Positions 11,507 to 24,381 of a DNA stretch of 64,000 nt are shown here, piece by piece. The DNA is taken from contig NC_089430.1 in assembly GCF_026210795.1 (NCBI RefSeq), positions 3,348,001 to 3,412,000 on the forward strand. Reading direction: 5' to 3'. The notes under the pieces were generated by a model. It was not told the origin of the DNA. It was given only the letters and a program-made list of their open reading frames with translations, and did no database searches. Within the stretch, counting starts at the first letter, position 1; every line of letters begins with the position of its first letter. A program made the translations under genes and the position numbers. This DNA comes from Rhizophagus irregularis. Lineage: Eukaryota.

Positions 11507-12807
11507 CAATTACTTGATTCCAAGTTTTTAAGTAATTAAGTATGTCAAGTTAAATCCATCTAGAGAGAATATCATAGACTGTAATTTCACATATATTATC
11601 CTTAACTTCAGGATCATATCCAGTTATCACAGTGCTAATAGTCTTAAGTGTTAGTGTTACTAGTTGTTTCATAGTGATCATAGAATAACTCTTACTAGTA
11701 GGACTAGCCTTTAAAACTTGCACAGTTTTCCTTTTCTTATCCTTTATAGGAATAGGTGAATTCAGTTTACTAGAGTTACTATTTGAGTTCTATTTAACTA
11801 TCTTTGCATAAGAAATTTATCCATTCTTTTCTTAGGAGTAAAAGGTATAGCTTTTGCATTGAAAGAAATAATTAGTTTCTCAGGTTGTGCAATATTCACT
11901 GATTGGTACATTGAATTTTCTAAAATTTCTATATCTATCAGTTGATTCTCTACTAATTTGGTTTATTGTGATAACATTATATTATGACTTATGAATCATA
12001 CTTTCTGTACTGTTTAGTCAAACTTATTGACAACCAAATTTCTAAAGTACACAGAAACTTCAAGCAAAATAAACAGAAAGTGATAAAACTTGGTGAAGTC
12101 TTTCATACTAAAAATTCTAAGAGTATCTTAAAACTCTAAATATATTATTTATAAGAGAGTCAAGTCTTAGTTACAAATATCTTTAACAGTCTTTACTATA
12201 TTTTATTCAGTAAGCTTTTTTAAGGAATATTTTGTAAGATTAAACCTATAAACAAGTTTAAGAACTTATATTTAATAATACAAAAAGTTCAATCTATATA
12301 AATGAAAGTAATATAAAATAAATAATGCAATATAGTTGTATTCAGATATTCTGATAATTGTTAATAAAATATTTGTTTACAAAATAATTCTATTAGTAAA
12401 ATATATCAGTGAAATAATTATTAATAAAATAATTGTTAGTATAATAAATGTAACCTATTAAGTTATTTAGCTTATTATAAAATTACCTTTCTTTTTAATC
12501 AAATTTAATAGCTAATTAAGTTATTATATTTATAAATGGAGTTTGCTATTTATCACTGGTGGTGATTATCACCGGTATTACAATTTTTTATTTTTCACGT
12601 GATTTAAGATCAATTTAACATTTTATTGTTAAAAAATATAAAATTTTATTGCGTAACAGTAAATCATGCGTCTAATAGTAATTATTATTTCAAAGTTTTT
12701 TTTTCAGCCGATTATACAAGAAATCAAGAATACGCAACTAACAAATATTTTACATTAAACTAAACTTTAAACTCCACTCCTACTAAATCTACTATGTCAA
12801 CTAAAGT

Positions 12808-15595
12808 TTAGTTATTATTTTCTTTATCAACTAAGTCAGCTTTATGTTGCCTACAGTACATCTTCTAATATTATGCCCTTTTTCCAGACAATAACTACAG
12901 GTTTTAGAAGATGAAGATATATGTTGATTATTGTTCTCTTCAGTTGATGATTTATATCATTTCGAAGGATGACCTTTTGGCTTGTGATATTCTGGATTTG
13001 ATATTTTCAGAATATTACATTCTTCCACTACAACTAATAGCTGTCGCTGGTAATTATAGAAGGATTCTTGAATTTCATCATTAAAATGTGATATAGAATA
13101 AACTTCCTTTATATTTAATCCAGTATTACGACGATATTTCATAATGAATTGGATAAGAAGTCTGATCAATTCTGATGCAACACCTTCTGCTACAGCAACT
13201 TGAACACTTGTCTTTGCTACTGACATAGTAGAACCAAACTCAATCTTTTTACTAACTTTTTCTTTAATATTTGACGTATAAACATTTGCAGACCGAATTT
13301 ATATAAAGCTTTGGTAGTATAATCTTTATTTCCTTGAGCAACTATAATATAATTAGTTGTTTCAGTTAATATTGATTCATACCAACGTGGATGAATAAAC
13401 CCCATATGAAAAATAACTTTACTAGACTGAAGTAAAACCCGATACTGATGTCGACATGGCATTCCTTGATTGATAATATACATACATGTACAAAATAATG
13501 TTGAATCTTTGAGAATTACTACATAATGTGGTGTAGATGTTGATGATGTTATAGTGATATAATAAATCTCACATATTTCTTGGATTTCGTCACTGTTTAT
13601 ATCTGATAAAAGATCTTGTAATCTAATTTGCGGTTTATCATATATACGTTCAATTATATCATTAGACTGCTCATTATCAGATTCTTTAACTTGATCAATT
13701 GAAATTAATATTCTCTGATATAATAATGACTGTTTCATTTGAGCTCGTTGAAGTGATAATGGAATAGGTGCTAAATGATCCTTTAAAATAGAGTCAATAT
13801 TTTTGAAAATCGTATTATACGTTGACAGAAGACCAGTTGATAGATTTGACCCATAATATTCCTTAATTCGATTATATTGTGCTTCTTTGTCCAGTTCATT
13901 TTCAATGACTTTTACTAACTCCTTTAATAAAGTTCCTTGATCTAAATGTTTTTTAAGAACACCATTAATGGATTCAACTCGTTGAGTTGACTTAACACCT
14001 GCTGTAAATACTTTTGAAATCACGTATCTTGCCCATGATTCACGATTAGGGTAAAGTTTTTTTCAAGATAAAATCGACACAACTTATACTTTGTGAGCAT
14101 TTCAGTGTATTTTAATTCAAATTGATACTCAGTGTAACTATTACGCATATGATAAAAATCTTCAATAAAATTCTGAACCATATCATTACATAGTAAGGCT
14201 TTGGCTTTCTTTTTTATATTTTCTGCAATATGATAAATACATAACAAATGACGCGTTTGTGGATAAACAATTTGAACAGCAGCTAGCATTACCGTGTTCC
14301 CGTCTGTGTATAATACACGAAGTGAAAAATTATTTGTTACTTTTAAAGTGCATTGTAATATCCAAATATAATCAGCTTGTATCTCATACTTCGTAAGAGC
14401 TTGAGCAAGAACTCTTGTTTTAAAATTATTGTCAATTCCAACAAACAAGCTTAGCGTCATTTCGTATCTATTCATTTTTGCCGTATTATCATGAATGACA
14501 ACATCATAAAACTTAGGCCAAAGTTCATTACGCTGTTTACTTGTTAACCAAAAAAGACTGGTAAGTTCGTTAGATAGCCTTTCTAAGCGTGATATTACTA
14601 CATAATTAGGATCTTCTTCATATTGTTTAAAAGATATAGGAACATTGTAGCAGCATCAGTTTCGTCATGAATCCGAACACCTCGAAACTTTTGGATTGCG
14701 TTATAGAGGTTTTTTTTTTAATATGGTACTGTGGAAACTCATGAACAAGAAGATCATATTGTTATCCTGCACTTAGGTTATCCTTTGTAGTATAATGTTC
14801 AATTTTATCTAAAATTGATTGTGGAAAGCGTAAGTTTTTAGGAGCTAACTCTATTGAAATAGGATCACATTGATGATTATAGCTATTGTTAAACTTCATA
14901 AGATGTATATCAGCAGCACGTTTGCTAAAATAGAAGTTAGCTTGACAAGGACAGTTTGTTTTAGTTGAACTACTCTCACGATGTAATGTAATATCCTCTA
15001 CTTTTTTTGGATTATTAATTTCAGCTTTTCAACATTGATAAACACGACGATGAGTAATAGTTTTATCAATAATGTCAAGATCTTTACGAAATTTAATAGC
15101 AACAAAACCATTGTTTTTTGCAAACGTACTATTAACAGCAGTTTCAACTGCATTCCAATCTTTGAAGGTATCGTTAACATTTAATATTTCAGTTGTAATT
15201 GTTGTATTATTAATATTAGCTATATTATTATTACCATTCATATTATTTTGTTCACAATCAGGTTCAGTAATTATATCTAAAGATACCGTTACTTGCTTTC
15301 CTTTATTTGTTAGATGAAATTGGTCAGATGGTTGGCCTTGATATTGATATTCGTAATCCATCAATTGAAGCAATTGGCCTTGGTTTTGATATTCATAATC
15401 CATCAGCTAAAAACCAGATGATAATTGGCCTTAAATTTGATATTCGTAATCCATTAGCTGGAGATAAGATGATAGCTGGTCCTGATTTTGATATTCATAA
15501 TCCATCAGCTGATCAGATGATGGTTGGCCTTGGTCTTGATATTCATAATCCATCAGTTGAAGGTTAAATAGTTGGTTTTGATATTCATTATTCAT
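12808..15595 (-). pseudogene. FAR1/MULE transposase pseudogene (FAR1 DNA-binding domain, MULE DDE, SWIM finger, C-terminal zinc knuckle)
   Basis: DTFKDW...FAKNNGF, NRYEMTLSLFVGIDN, YTDG, HLLCIYHI, STQRVESING, CTC...GMPCRH, CSYCLEKGHN. Multiple frameshifts and stops. Confidence 0.92.
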
Positions 15596-15600
15596 AATTA
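15330..15600 (-). repeat. Coding tandem repeat (about 45-54 bp unit) at the MULE transposase N-terminus
   Basis: At least 5 copies of GATATTC(A/G)TAATCCAT, encoding MDYEYQ.Q(G/D)Q...QL. Confidence 0.8.
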
Positions 15601-16556
15601 ATATTCGTAATTTATAGGTTGATTATCAATATTATAGTGACTGATATCTAACTTTAAAGTTGTTTATAAGACTGGCCGTGAAGACAACTGAAAAAGAAGC
15701 TTAAAAACCTAAAAAATTGGAAAGAGTATTTGTGGGAAAATCAAGTTAGTTACTTCTTTTGTAAAATAAAGTAAGTATTAGTTCTATAAAATTTACTAAC
15801 TTGTTAAACTTTGATATCTAACTTCAAATTTTTTTTCAGATGCTAACTATGAAGCTTAAAGAAAAGACGTGTCTAGAAAGAAAGTGTTTATGGGAAACGC
15901 GTTTATGAAAAGCATTTGGGAAAAGAATAACTTAACGAAACAAATAATGATGGAATAAGTTACGTGATAAAGCGAACTATATCATTAGTAGTAAGATTAC
16001 GCAAAAATAATTACCAGTGATGATCATCAGTAAATAAAGTTAAAATCTAATTATATAACACCGGTGATGATCACCGCAGGTGATATGTAGCAATTTTCTA
16101 TAAATTATATGATTTTATTAAATATAATGTAAAATTTTGGCTATTTTTTTTTTCTTTAATAATTATATTATAAGTATTACTTTTTTAAATAATATACTAT
16201 TATTAGAAAATTTATATAGTATAATATCTATCAGTTATCTATTTTATTAATAGTAATAACTAATTAAATATAATTTATTACTAGTAAAATATTTGTTTAT
16301 ATATATAAATTTACATTACTTAATATTTAGTAAAATTATGTAATCTCAAAATTATAAATATTACTATTTTTCCAATTATATATTTAAAATTTTTTAAATT
16401 AGAAATTATATAATTTACTTTAAAAAGTAAAAAATAAAATGTATTATAAAATAAATACAAATAAAAATAAACCAAATAAACTTTTAAAAAAGTTATTTTT
16501 TTTTATTATAAAAATAAAAATTAATTATAACATAAATTATATATTTTTATTATTAG

Positions 16557-17684
16557 GGGTATACCAGAAATTAGCTAATTTGAAAGAAGGTGGGGGGAGT
16601 CAAGTTCAAATCAGGTCTATATATATTATATGATATTTATATATCTAAATATAAATGCTATATAAATAATTTAATTGCCGATCCGCATGTGATCGATAGA
16701 ATTTACATAGTAAAATGTGGCGTTATGTTAATTAATAAAAAAAATGCCGTTTGAAATCTCTGTTTCCCCAAGAAACAATAACGTCAAATACATACATAAC
16801 TCCAAAAAAACTTATTGCAACTGGCGCTATTATATCAGAACTTCATTATTATGTCCATATTTATATGACTTGTTTATTATTTTTTAAAAAAAAATTCAAG
16901 ATAACTATTCCTATTTTGAGATTACGCTAAAACTTAATAAAAGTCCTTTTATTATTCATATATTTCATTATATTCATATTTTTTACAAACTGGACATATT
17001 TGTGAAAGAAAAAGAGATATAAAAGTGCGTAGTGTTATTAAAAATGTAATAGTTGACAGAAATAATAATCAAAAAAAGTTTTATAAGTGTCAAAGAAAAG
17101 TTAAAGAGCTAGAAATCGTTTATACCATAGAAGTAAAATAGTAGTAAATACTATGAAATCTCCGTTTTCCACATATGAAACTTTATAAACTGCAAAGAAA
17201 AAAAACTTTTTATAAAAAAATTTTTTTTTCTTTTTTAAGATCTTAAACGTATATTGCAGGTGTTAAATTACGTAATTGTATAACAATATGGTTGCATTTT
17301 ATTTGATATAAAAACATGATCGACATGGCTTATATATAAATGTTGCGCCGCATTTTATTATATAAATTCTATCGATCACATGCGGATCGGCAATTAATTA
17401 TTTTTATATATAATTGCTATAATACAATTATTTTGACTTCTAGTGACCCAATTTTAATAAACTTTTTTTTTAATTTATAGCTCTCATTTAGCTTTAAAAA
17501 ATTTAGCTTTATAAAACAAAAAAGAAGTTTGTTTAAATTGAATCACTTGAAGCCAAAATAATTGTATAATATTAATTATTATATATATTAATAATAAAAA
17601 TTTTTTTAACCAATCAGATTTAATCAGATAGGAGTGGATTCAAAGCTACTAATTAAAAAAAATCAGCTGATTTCTGGCATGCCC
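16557..17684. mobile_element. Non-autonomous TIR element with GGG terminus and TWA-type TSD (Zator/PIF-Harbinger-like)
   Basis: TIR GGGTATACCAGAAATTAGCTAATTT vs reverse complement GGGCATGCCAGAAATCAGCTGATTT (transitions only). Flanks TAG/TAA. Confidence 0.65.
16675..17393. mobile_element. Nested TTAA-flanked non-autonomous element (piggyBac-like termini)
   Basis: About 46-bp TIR TTGCCGATCCGCATGTGATCGATAGAATTTA... / ...TAAATTCTATCGATCACATGCGGATCGGCAA. TTAA at 16671-16674 and 17394-17397. Confidence 0.75.
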
Positions 17685-18674
17685 TAATAGTAATTAGTAA
17701 TAATTGATATTTATTTTATAATTTATATAATAATAATTTTAAAAAACTTTTATTAGTAATAATATTTATAATTAATTTATTTATTAAATATAATAAATAT
17801 TAATAATATTATATATCAAAAAGAATTATTTTATTATTATATTTCTATTATATAATTTTATAAAGTTTATTATAAATTTATTAAACAATAGGATTAAAAG
17901 AAGAATACTAGACTCTAACCATCCTTTATGAGTATTTATTAGCTTTTACAACTTTAAAAAAACCTTTTCAAAATTCATTATTGACATATGACTTTTTGTT
18001 ATCTTTATATCTAATTGGATTTTGTATAGCTATTAAGCAGTGTTATTACAGGACAATATTCAGAATATGTTATATAAAAAAAAAATGATAATCCCTTGAA
18101 ATTTTTCTATAATAACCTTGTTCAATATTCAGCAAAAATATTTAACATCTAATTATACATAAATATATATAATTTTTAGAGTTTTTTAAGTTATAGAAGA
18201 GTACAGACAGAACGCAAACATATTTGAGATAACCAAAAAAGGCTGCAGATATCATAACATTGATTATTAAGTATTTTGGAATATACTGTATATATACTTA
18301 AAAGAATATTAAATTACTAATTATTCAATATATAAAGGTTTCCAATTAAAAAAAAATGGTTTATAAAATTTTATTGACCTGAAGTTAAAAAAAACTGCCT
18401 ATAAAATTTTACTAATTTAGGATCAGAAAAAACTACTATGAAATTTTATTAACTCAGAATTAGCTAATAACTAATTACTCATGAAAAATACCTAACTGCT
18501 TATAATTAGTAATCATACTTATTCAGCTATTTCTTGCTAAATAACTAATTTTCATTCTGGTATTTTTCTATAAGACTAATAAGATTTTTATATATAGTAA
18601 TATATCAGTGATTAAGTAATATAAAAAAAATTTTGTCTAACTAGATTTAATACTTTATATCAATAAGAAATAAG

Positions 18675-18906
18675 AGGATCCTGCTTACTATTAAGATAGA
18701 TCACTCTATGGTCTAAGCTTCTAAGGTAAGGTTTACATATAAAACTCTTTAAAGATTCTACTATAAAAGGAAATTTTATGTTACATTGTTATAATTTTTT
18801 TTCTTTTAGTTAATTAACCAATTAAATTTAAAGAAATTTTAAAGTAAGGTTTCATATAAAAGTAAAATTTTCACTAATAATATATTTTAATAGTAAGCAG
18901 AATTTT
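18675..18906. mobile_element. Decayed AGGA-terminus MITE (P-like family)
   Basis: AGGATCCTGCTTACTATTAA / TTAATAGTAAGCAGAATTTT. Degenerate TSD GAAATAAG/AAAACAAG. Interior matches 39468-39692. Confidence 0.7.
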
Positions 18907-19221
18907 AAAACAAGTCTTTTTTTCTGATAAAATTAAAAGATTTTAAACTTAGGATGCTTATATAATATTTTGATTTTTTTAGACTTTTAAATCTTTATAA
19001 AATACAGTTTAATTTTAATATACTGATATTTAATATATTAATATACCGTAAAATCTTGAATTTAAGCACTCTCTTTTTGCAGTCATGTGATAGACAAAAT
19101 TGGTAATAGTGCTTAATTTTGATTTTACTATTAATTTTTTTAATCAACGTACATTAACGTACATCTTACCCCTATTTCTTTCAAAAATTCTTCACGTGTT
19201 TTAACAATATTTCTAGTAGAA

Positions 19222-20615
19222 ATGACGCGTAAAAAAGTGGATGTAAGACAACGTATATCATATTCACTTGAAGAAAAATTAATAGTAGTTAAGTATGCCC
19301 AAGAAAATGGAAGAAATGCTGCAGCAAAGCATTTTAATTTAGACGCACCTATGGTAGGAAGATGGATAAGACAAAGTTCTAAATGGGAAGAGGAAAATAA
19401 AAAGAAAAAACGTTCTGGAACTTCAGGAAGAAAAGCCTTTTATCCTGAAGCAGAAAAGATTTTATATAGTTGGATAATAGAACATTGGAAAAAAGGGTTT
19501 GCTGTTAATTATATCTCCATAAGATTACAAATGTGTAAAATTCTTAAAGAATCTTCAATTCAAGCATTATATCTAGCGGGAGAGTATGAATTCTAAGGGA
19601 ATCTTTTTTGGATTAATTCTTTTATGAAACGATTTGGATTGTCATTAAGGAGAAAAACCAAAATTTCTCAAAAATTGCCTGAAGATTTAGAAGAAAAATT
19701 AGATGAATTTAGACAATATATTATAAGACTGAGAACACTATATAATTTTGATTTGAATAGTATTTTTAATATGGATGAAACTCCTGTGTGGTTTGACATG
19801 GCAGGAAATATAACTGTTAATAATAAGGGTGATAAAACAGTGCATATTCGTACTACTGGAAATGATAAAAATCATTTTACCGTAGTTCTAACTTGTTCTG
19901 CAGGTAAGAAGTTTTATTTTTTTATTTTTTTATATTTACTTTAATTATTTTATATATCAAATTAATAAGTTCATTGTATTTATTTATAGATGGAACAAAA
20001 TATCCACCAATATGTATTTTTAAAGATAAACAACTTCCAAGAGGTGAAGTTATTTCGAAAGGTGTTATTTGTTAGTTTCAAGATAAAGGTTGGATGACTT
20101 CAGACTTAATGAAGAATTACATTGATTTTTTATTTAAAATTCAGATGTCTGAAAATTTGTCAAAAGAACCTGCTATGATGTTGTATGATTCTTTTCGTGG
20201 TCACTTGGAAGAAAGTGTTAAAGCTAAATTTAAACAACATAATTTTCAATTAGCCGTTATTCCTGAAGGATTAACTAGTGTATGTCAACCATTAGACGTA
20301 TCAATAAACAAACCTTTTAAAGATAATTTACGAAAAGAATGGCACAAATGGATGTGTAAAGGTAGTTCAGGTGTAACTGAAGGGGGTAACTTAAAAAAAG
20401 CAAGGATAAGTAAAGTATGTGGATGGGTCAAACGATCTTGGGATGCCATTTCAGATCAAATTATTTTTAATTCATTTAAAAAATGTTCTATTTCAAATTT
20501 ATTGGATAGGTCAGAGGATAATATGGTCTATAAAGAAATTGATAGATTGATCGCTAAGTATGAAAAAGAAAATTTAGAAGAGTTAGGTGATGATGTTGAA
20601 ATTGTCTGCAATTAA
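19222..20615 (+). pseudogene. pogo/DDE_1 transposase pseudogene (Brinker-like HTH, CENP-B HTH, DDE_1)
   Basis: Exons 19222-19903 and 19990-20615. Motifs NMDETP, YDSFRGH, QPLDVSINKPFK. Frame is preserved apart from in-frame stops at 19594 (TAA) and 20073 (TAG). Confidence 0.93.
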
Positions 20616-20836
20616 ATAACCAAATAAAAAATTTTCTTACATTCATTTCGATATTGTCAATGAGTTTATTGTCATAGTTCAGCATAATCTCATCACACTC
20701 AATTCGAAAAATCCAAAGCTGTTCTTAATACAAAAGAAAATATTAAAAAAAACTCAAACTTAAATTAAACAAAAAACAAGTATTTAATTTACCTTTCAGT
20801 CCATTTAAGTTCCAAGAAGTTAGTGCCGCTGGTATA

Positions 20837-21186
20837 CATGCCACCCAAATTATTTTGGATTGCCATAATTATAAGTAAAATCCCAAATTCAATTAGGGAG
20901 CTTACACATATTATGTAATTATTATAGGGGGGGAGGGGGGTAGTTAAAATTTTACGTTACACTTATTTAAATCATATGATTTATAAATATTATAATTTGA
21001 TTGGTTATAAAATCTAACAGGGGGGGGGGTAAGGTTTATAATAAAATGAATATTACGTGATATGTGTAAGCTCATATGGCGATCCCAAATTATTTTGGCA
21101 CTTTACATAGTAAATTATATATAAACCGAATGAATTATGACATCCCAAATTATAATTACGCATCCCAAAATAATTTGGGCAGCACG
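20837..21186. mobile_element. TA-flanked MITE nested in the pogo element
   Basis: TIR CATGCCACCCAAATTATTTTGG vs reverse complement CGTGCTGCCCAAATTATTTTGG. TA flanks. Internal CCCAAATT repeats. Confidence 0.8.
20896..21073. mobile_element. PIF/Harbinger-like MITE nested in the previous MITE
   Basis: IR GAGCTTACACATAT / ATATGTGTAAGCTC with poly-G tracts. TTACGTTACACTTAT is shared with 22668-22822. Right TSD not clean. Confidence 0.6.
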
Positions 21187-22667
21187 TATACACTTTGGCG
21201 TTCCTTAAAAAGAAGAAAGAAATGTTAAAGTTTAGAACATTTCTTATTTACATTTCTTAATCTATACCCTTTTCCTTTCTAATTTACCTTAATATTAATT
21301 AAGTCTGTTCGTCAAAGTTGTCAGGTATTCCCACAATAAGAAAAATATTTTTTTTGGACTAACTTAAAGGGAAATTGTAAAGAAGTGTCTTTAAAAAAGG
21401 CCAAAATAAATGTTTTTAACTTAAAAAAGGATGAAATAAATTAAAAATGGTTTGTGCTTATATAGTTATTTTATTATTATTTGCGAAAAATTTTATCAAT
21501 TAACGCTGATGTATAAAAGAATTTTGCTATGCCAAAAAAATTTTTTAAAAAAATTATTAAAAAAAAATAAAATTTTGATATATCGTATTATGCAATTTTA
21601 TACCGTAAAATTTATATTTGGAGGTGCTTAAATTTAGAGGTGTTAGATTTTAGTTTATACAGACATTGCGGCAAAAGTGACAGAGGTGCTTAAATTCAGT
21701 AGGTGCTTAAATTCAAGATTTTACGGTATTATTAAAAATTTGATATACTAATAAAATTTTATTTTTTTATTATATATAAAAATATAAAAATATTAGTATA
21801 ACTTTAATATTATATATCCTAATATATTATTATATAAAGGTTTGACTATATAATATTTTTTATGGTTAAATAGTGTTCAAGACTAATAGATATACTTTAA
21901 GGTATTTTTACTGAAAATCCTTATATATAAAGTAATCAGTAATTTCACTAATTTGATATTCTTCTAGGTATATATGTGTTTTAGAATATTTAATAGTTAT
22001 ACAAAATCTAATCAAATAATAGATATTTATAGAAACAAAAAAGTTATATATCACTTAAAAGGATTTTTTTAAGGTCATACTAGATGCTAATAAATATCTA
22101 TAAAAAATAACTAAAGTTTAATACCTTCTTTTTAATTTAACTTTAATTTACTAATAAAATTTTCAATTATATATAAAAATTATATATATTTAAATAATTA
22201 AAAAAATTAAAAAATTTGGTATTAGCAAATTATTATATAAAAATTGCCAAAAAGAAAGAAGTAAGTAAAAAAGTGATATATTACATATGCAAAAAAAATA
22301 TTAAATTCTTTAATTAATTTTTATGGAAATTTAATATAAATTAAAAATTAAATAAATAGAAAAATAATAGTTTAATAAAAGTTTTTTTATATAAGAAAAA
22401 TATAATTAAAAAAATTTTCAAAATAAATTAAAAATAAAAGTTTATTAAATTTATAAATATACTTTTCCACTAATTAATTATGTCATATTTCAGCGAACAG
22501 ACTAATAATTCACTATTTATTATAAAATTATTATGAATTAATTACATCTGTTAAAATACATTACGTCTATTAAAATAAATTTAATTAGTATTTTATTATT
22601 TTGATAAAAAGTATATTTATAAATATATTATTTAAAAAAAAATTATATTAAATATCAATATTATTTA

Positions 22668-22822
22668 GGGCAGTGATATTTATTACGTAATATCCATTTA
22701 CTATAAGCCCATACTCCCCCACCCCCATGTAATATGAGAAATCTTACGTTACACTTATATGTTATATGACCTTTAAATACCCTCTCACCCCCTAAAATAT
22801 TACGTAATAAATGTCACTGCCC
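22668..22822. mobile_element. PIF/Harbinger (Tourist-like) MITE, 155 bp
   Basis: 26-bp TIR GGGCAGTGATATTTATTACGTAATAT (1 mismatch). TSD TTA. Confidence 0.88.
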
Positions 22823-22825
22823 TTA

Positions 22826-23086
22826 TTTATTTATTTATTTATTTATTTTTTTTTTCCGCAGCGCATTTGCAGTTTTATTAAAGTAAAAAATAAAAAGATA
22901 TATACAAAGTAAAATTTCTTAATAACTACTCTAATATAATTAAACTACAAACCACTCATCATACCGGTAGTACCTTACGTGTGCACTGTTGAGTGATCGT
23001 TTGACTCCGTAGGTAGACTTCGTTTAGTAACGGGTCATCTTAGCCATAAAGGCCCTATCTTCAATGTCTGGTGATCACGGGACCCA
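22826..23086 (-). mobile_element. 5'-truncated LINE/SINE 3' end with poly(A)/(AATA)n tail
   Basis: 14-bp TSD ATCAATATTATTTA at 22654-22667 and 23087-23100, seen after removing the MITE inserted in the tail. AATAAA precedes the tail. CpGs are retained, suggesting a young copy. Confidence 0.8.
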
Positions 23087-24381
23087 ATCAATATTATTTA
23101 TACTATTAATAAATATATATATTTATTAAATAATAAATATTTAATAAATATTAAAATTTATATTTATTAAGTAATAAATAAAACAATTATTTCTTATTTA
23201 TGAGTTTATTAATTAAGAAATGTCCAGAAATAATATAATTTAAATTTTAAGATTTTTGACTTTCCTCTTTTTTATGTTATTATTCATTTTAAGAAATGCA
23301 AAATTAAAATATAATTCTAATCAGAATTATATTAACTACAAATATCTAAAAATATATAACATCATCATAATCTTAATCCTCTTTCTTCTTTTAGAAAATA
23401 ATATAATTTTTAGATATTCTCTATTTCTCTTATATATAAAAATACAGAATCATTTATTATATAACTAATTTACTAAAATTTTAAATCAGTTTTCTATCTA
23501 TAAGATTGCTTCTATATCCTATTATTATCTTATAAAAAAAATAAATATTTTATTAATATTTTAAATTAGTATTTATAAATAATTTTTAATATATTTTATA
23601 TTTAATAAATATTTAATAAGTGTATTACAAAATTAAATCAAATAAAACCTAAACTTTAAAGATTTTATACTTATTAAACAATAAAAAAATAAATGTTTAA
23701 TAATATTAAATTTAATTATTTATTAAGTATTTAAAAAATTAAATCCTTTTTTAATATTTTAAATTAATATTTATAAATCTTATATTCAATAAGTTTTATT
23801 AATAATTATTTAATAAGTATTTTAGTAAATATTATAATGTATTTTAACAAATATTATAATTAGTAACTAATAAATAAAAAGATTACAAGTTTTTATTCTA
23901 TTTTTTATATATATTAAAATATAAAATATAGTTCAAAAATTTATCTTATAGAATACTATTTTTTAAAAATATGGTTAATTAATTATTTAAAATTTTAAAT
24001 ATGAATAAATGTATTTGTAACTTTTGACCTGTTATTAGTATCTTATTTAGTAACATCCTTTTTTTATTTTTTTTTAATAATAAATTTAGTATGTGGTTTA
24101 CAAATAAAATTTTTATATGCAAAATTTAATTTGGAAAACTTTTACTTAATGTACTTAAGATAGTTTCATAGACAAAATTTCAAGTTATAAGCAGTTTCTT
24201 GAAATTTTTTAAAAAATTCTTTTGTCTTAGTTACACAACTGATCTTTTGTTTTTGTTTACATTACGCCTAATCTTAAATTTTAATTGGATAAAATTGGGG
24301 GTTATTACAAATAAGATGTGTAACAGGCTGTTACAATTATATTTATCTTTTAAATATAAATTTAAATTAATTAATATATTA

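Larger units (their letters stand above)
9855..12250 (-). mobile_element. Decayed ORF1-only LINE derivative (HAL1-like), interrupted by a MITE
   Basis: Minus frame TVITGYDP..EITVYDI..W..LDILNYLKTWNQVI|AIKFKSQ.KYTTV reads through once 10727-11506 is removed. The ORF ends ...LADIRSMLKKLEVS* near 10110, followed directly by a 3'UTR and AATAAA. Confidence 0.6.
12538..16098 (-). mobile_element. MULE/Mutator transposon (3.56 kb)
   Basis: About 43-bp imperfect TIR (GGAGTTTGCTATTTATCACTGGTGGTGATTATCACCGGT vs reverse complement GAAAATTGCTACATATCACCTGCGGTGATCATCACCGGT). Flanking direct repeat TATAAAT at 12531-12537 and 16099-16105. Confidence 0.85.
19046..21726 (+). mobile_element. pogo-like (Tc1/mariner superfamily) transposon
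   Basis: Perfect 24-bp TIR CCGTAAAATCTTGAATTTAAGCAC / GTGCTTAAATTCAAGATTTTACGG. TA TSD. GGTGCTTAAATT subterminal repeats. Confidence 0.93.

Noticed and set aside
15307..15567. Plus-strand repetitive ORF (DIHNPS repeats)
   Set aside because: Antisense shadow of the MULE transposase N-terminal repeats.
23025..23086. HDV-like ribozyme (minus strand GGGCC...TGGCTAAG)
   Set aside because: A J4/2-like string is present, but P1, P3 and L3 cannot be built, and it lies in a truncated 3'UTR.
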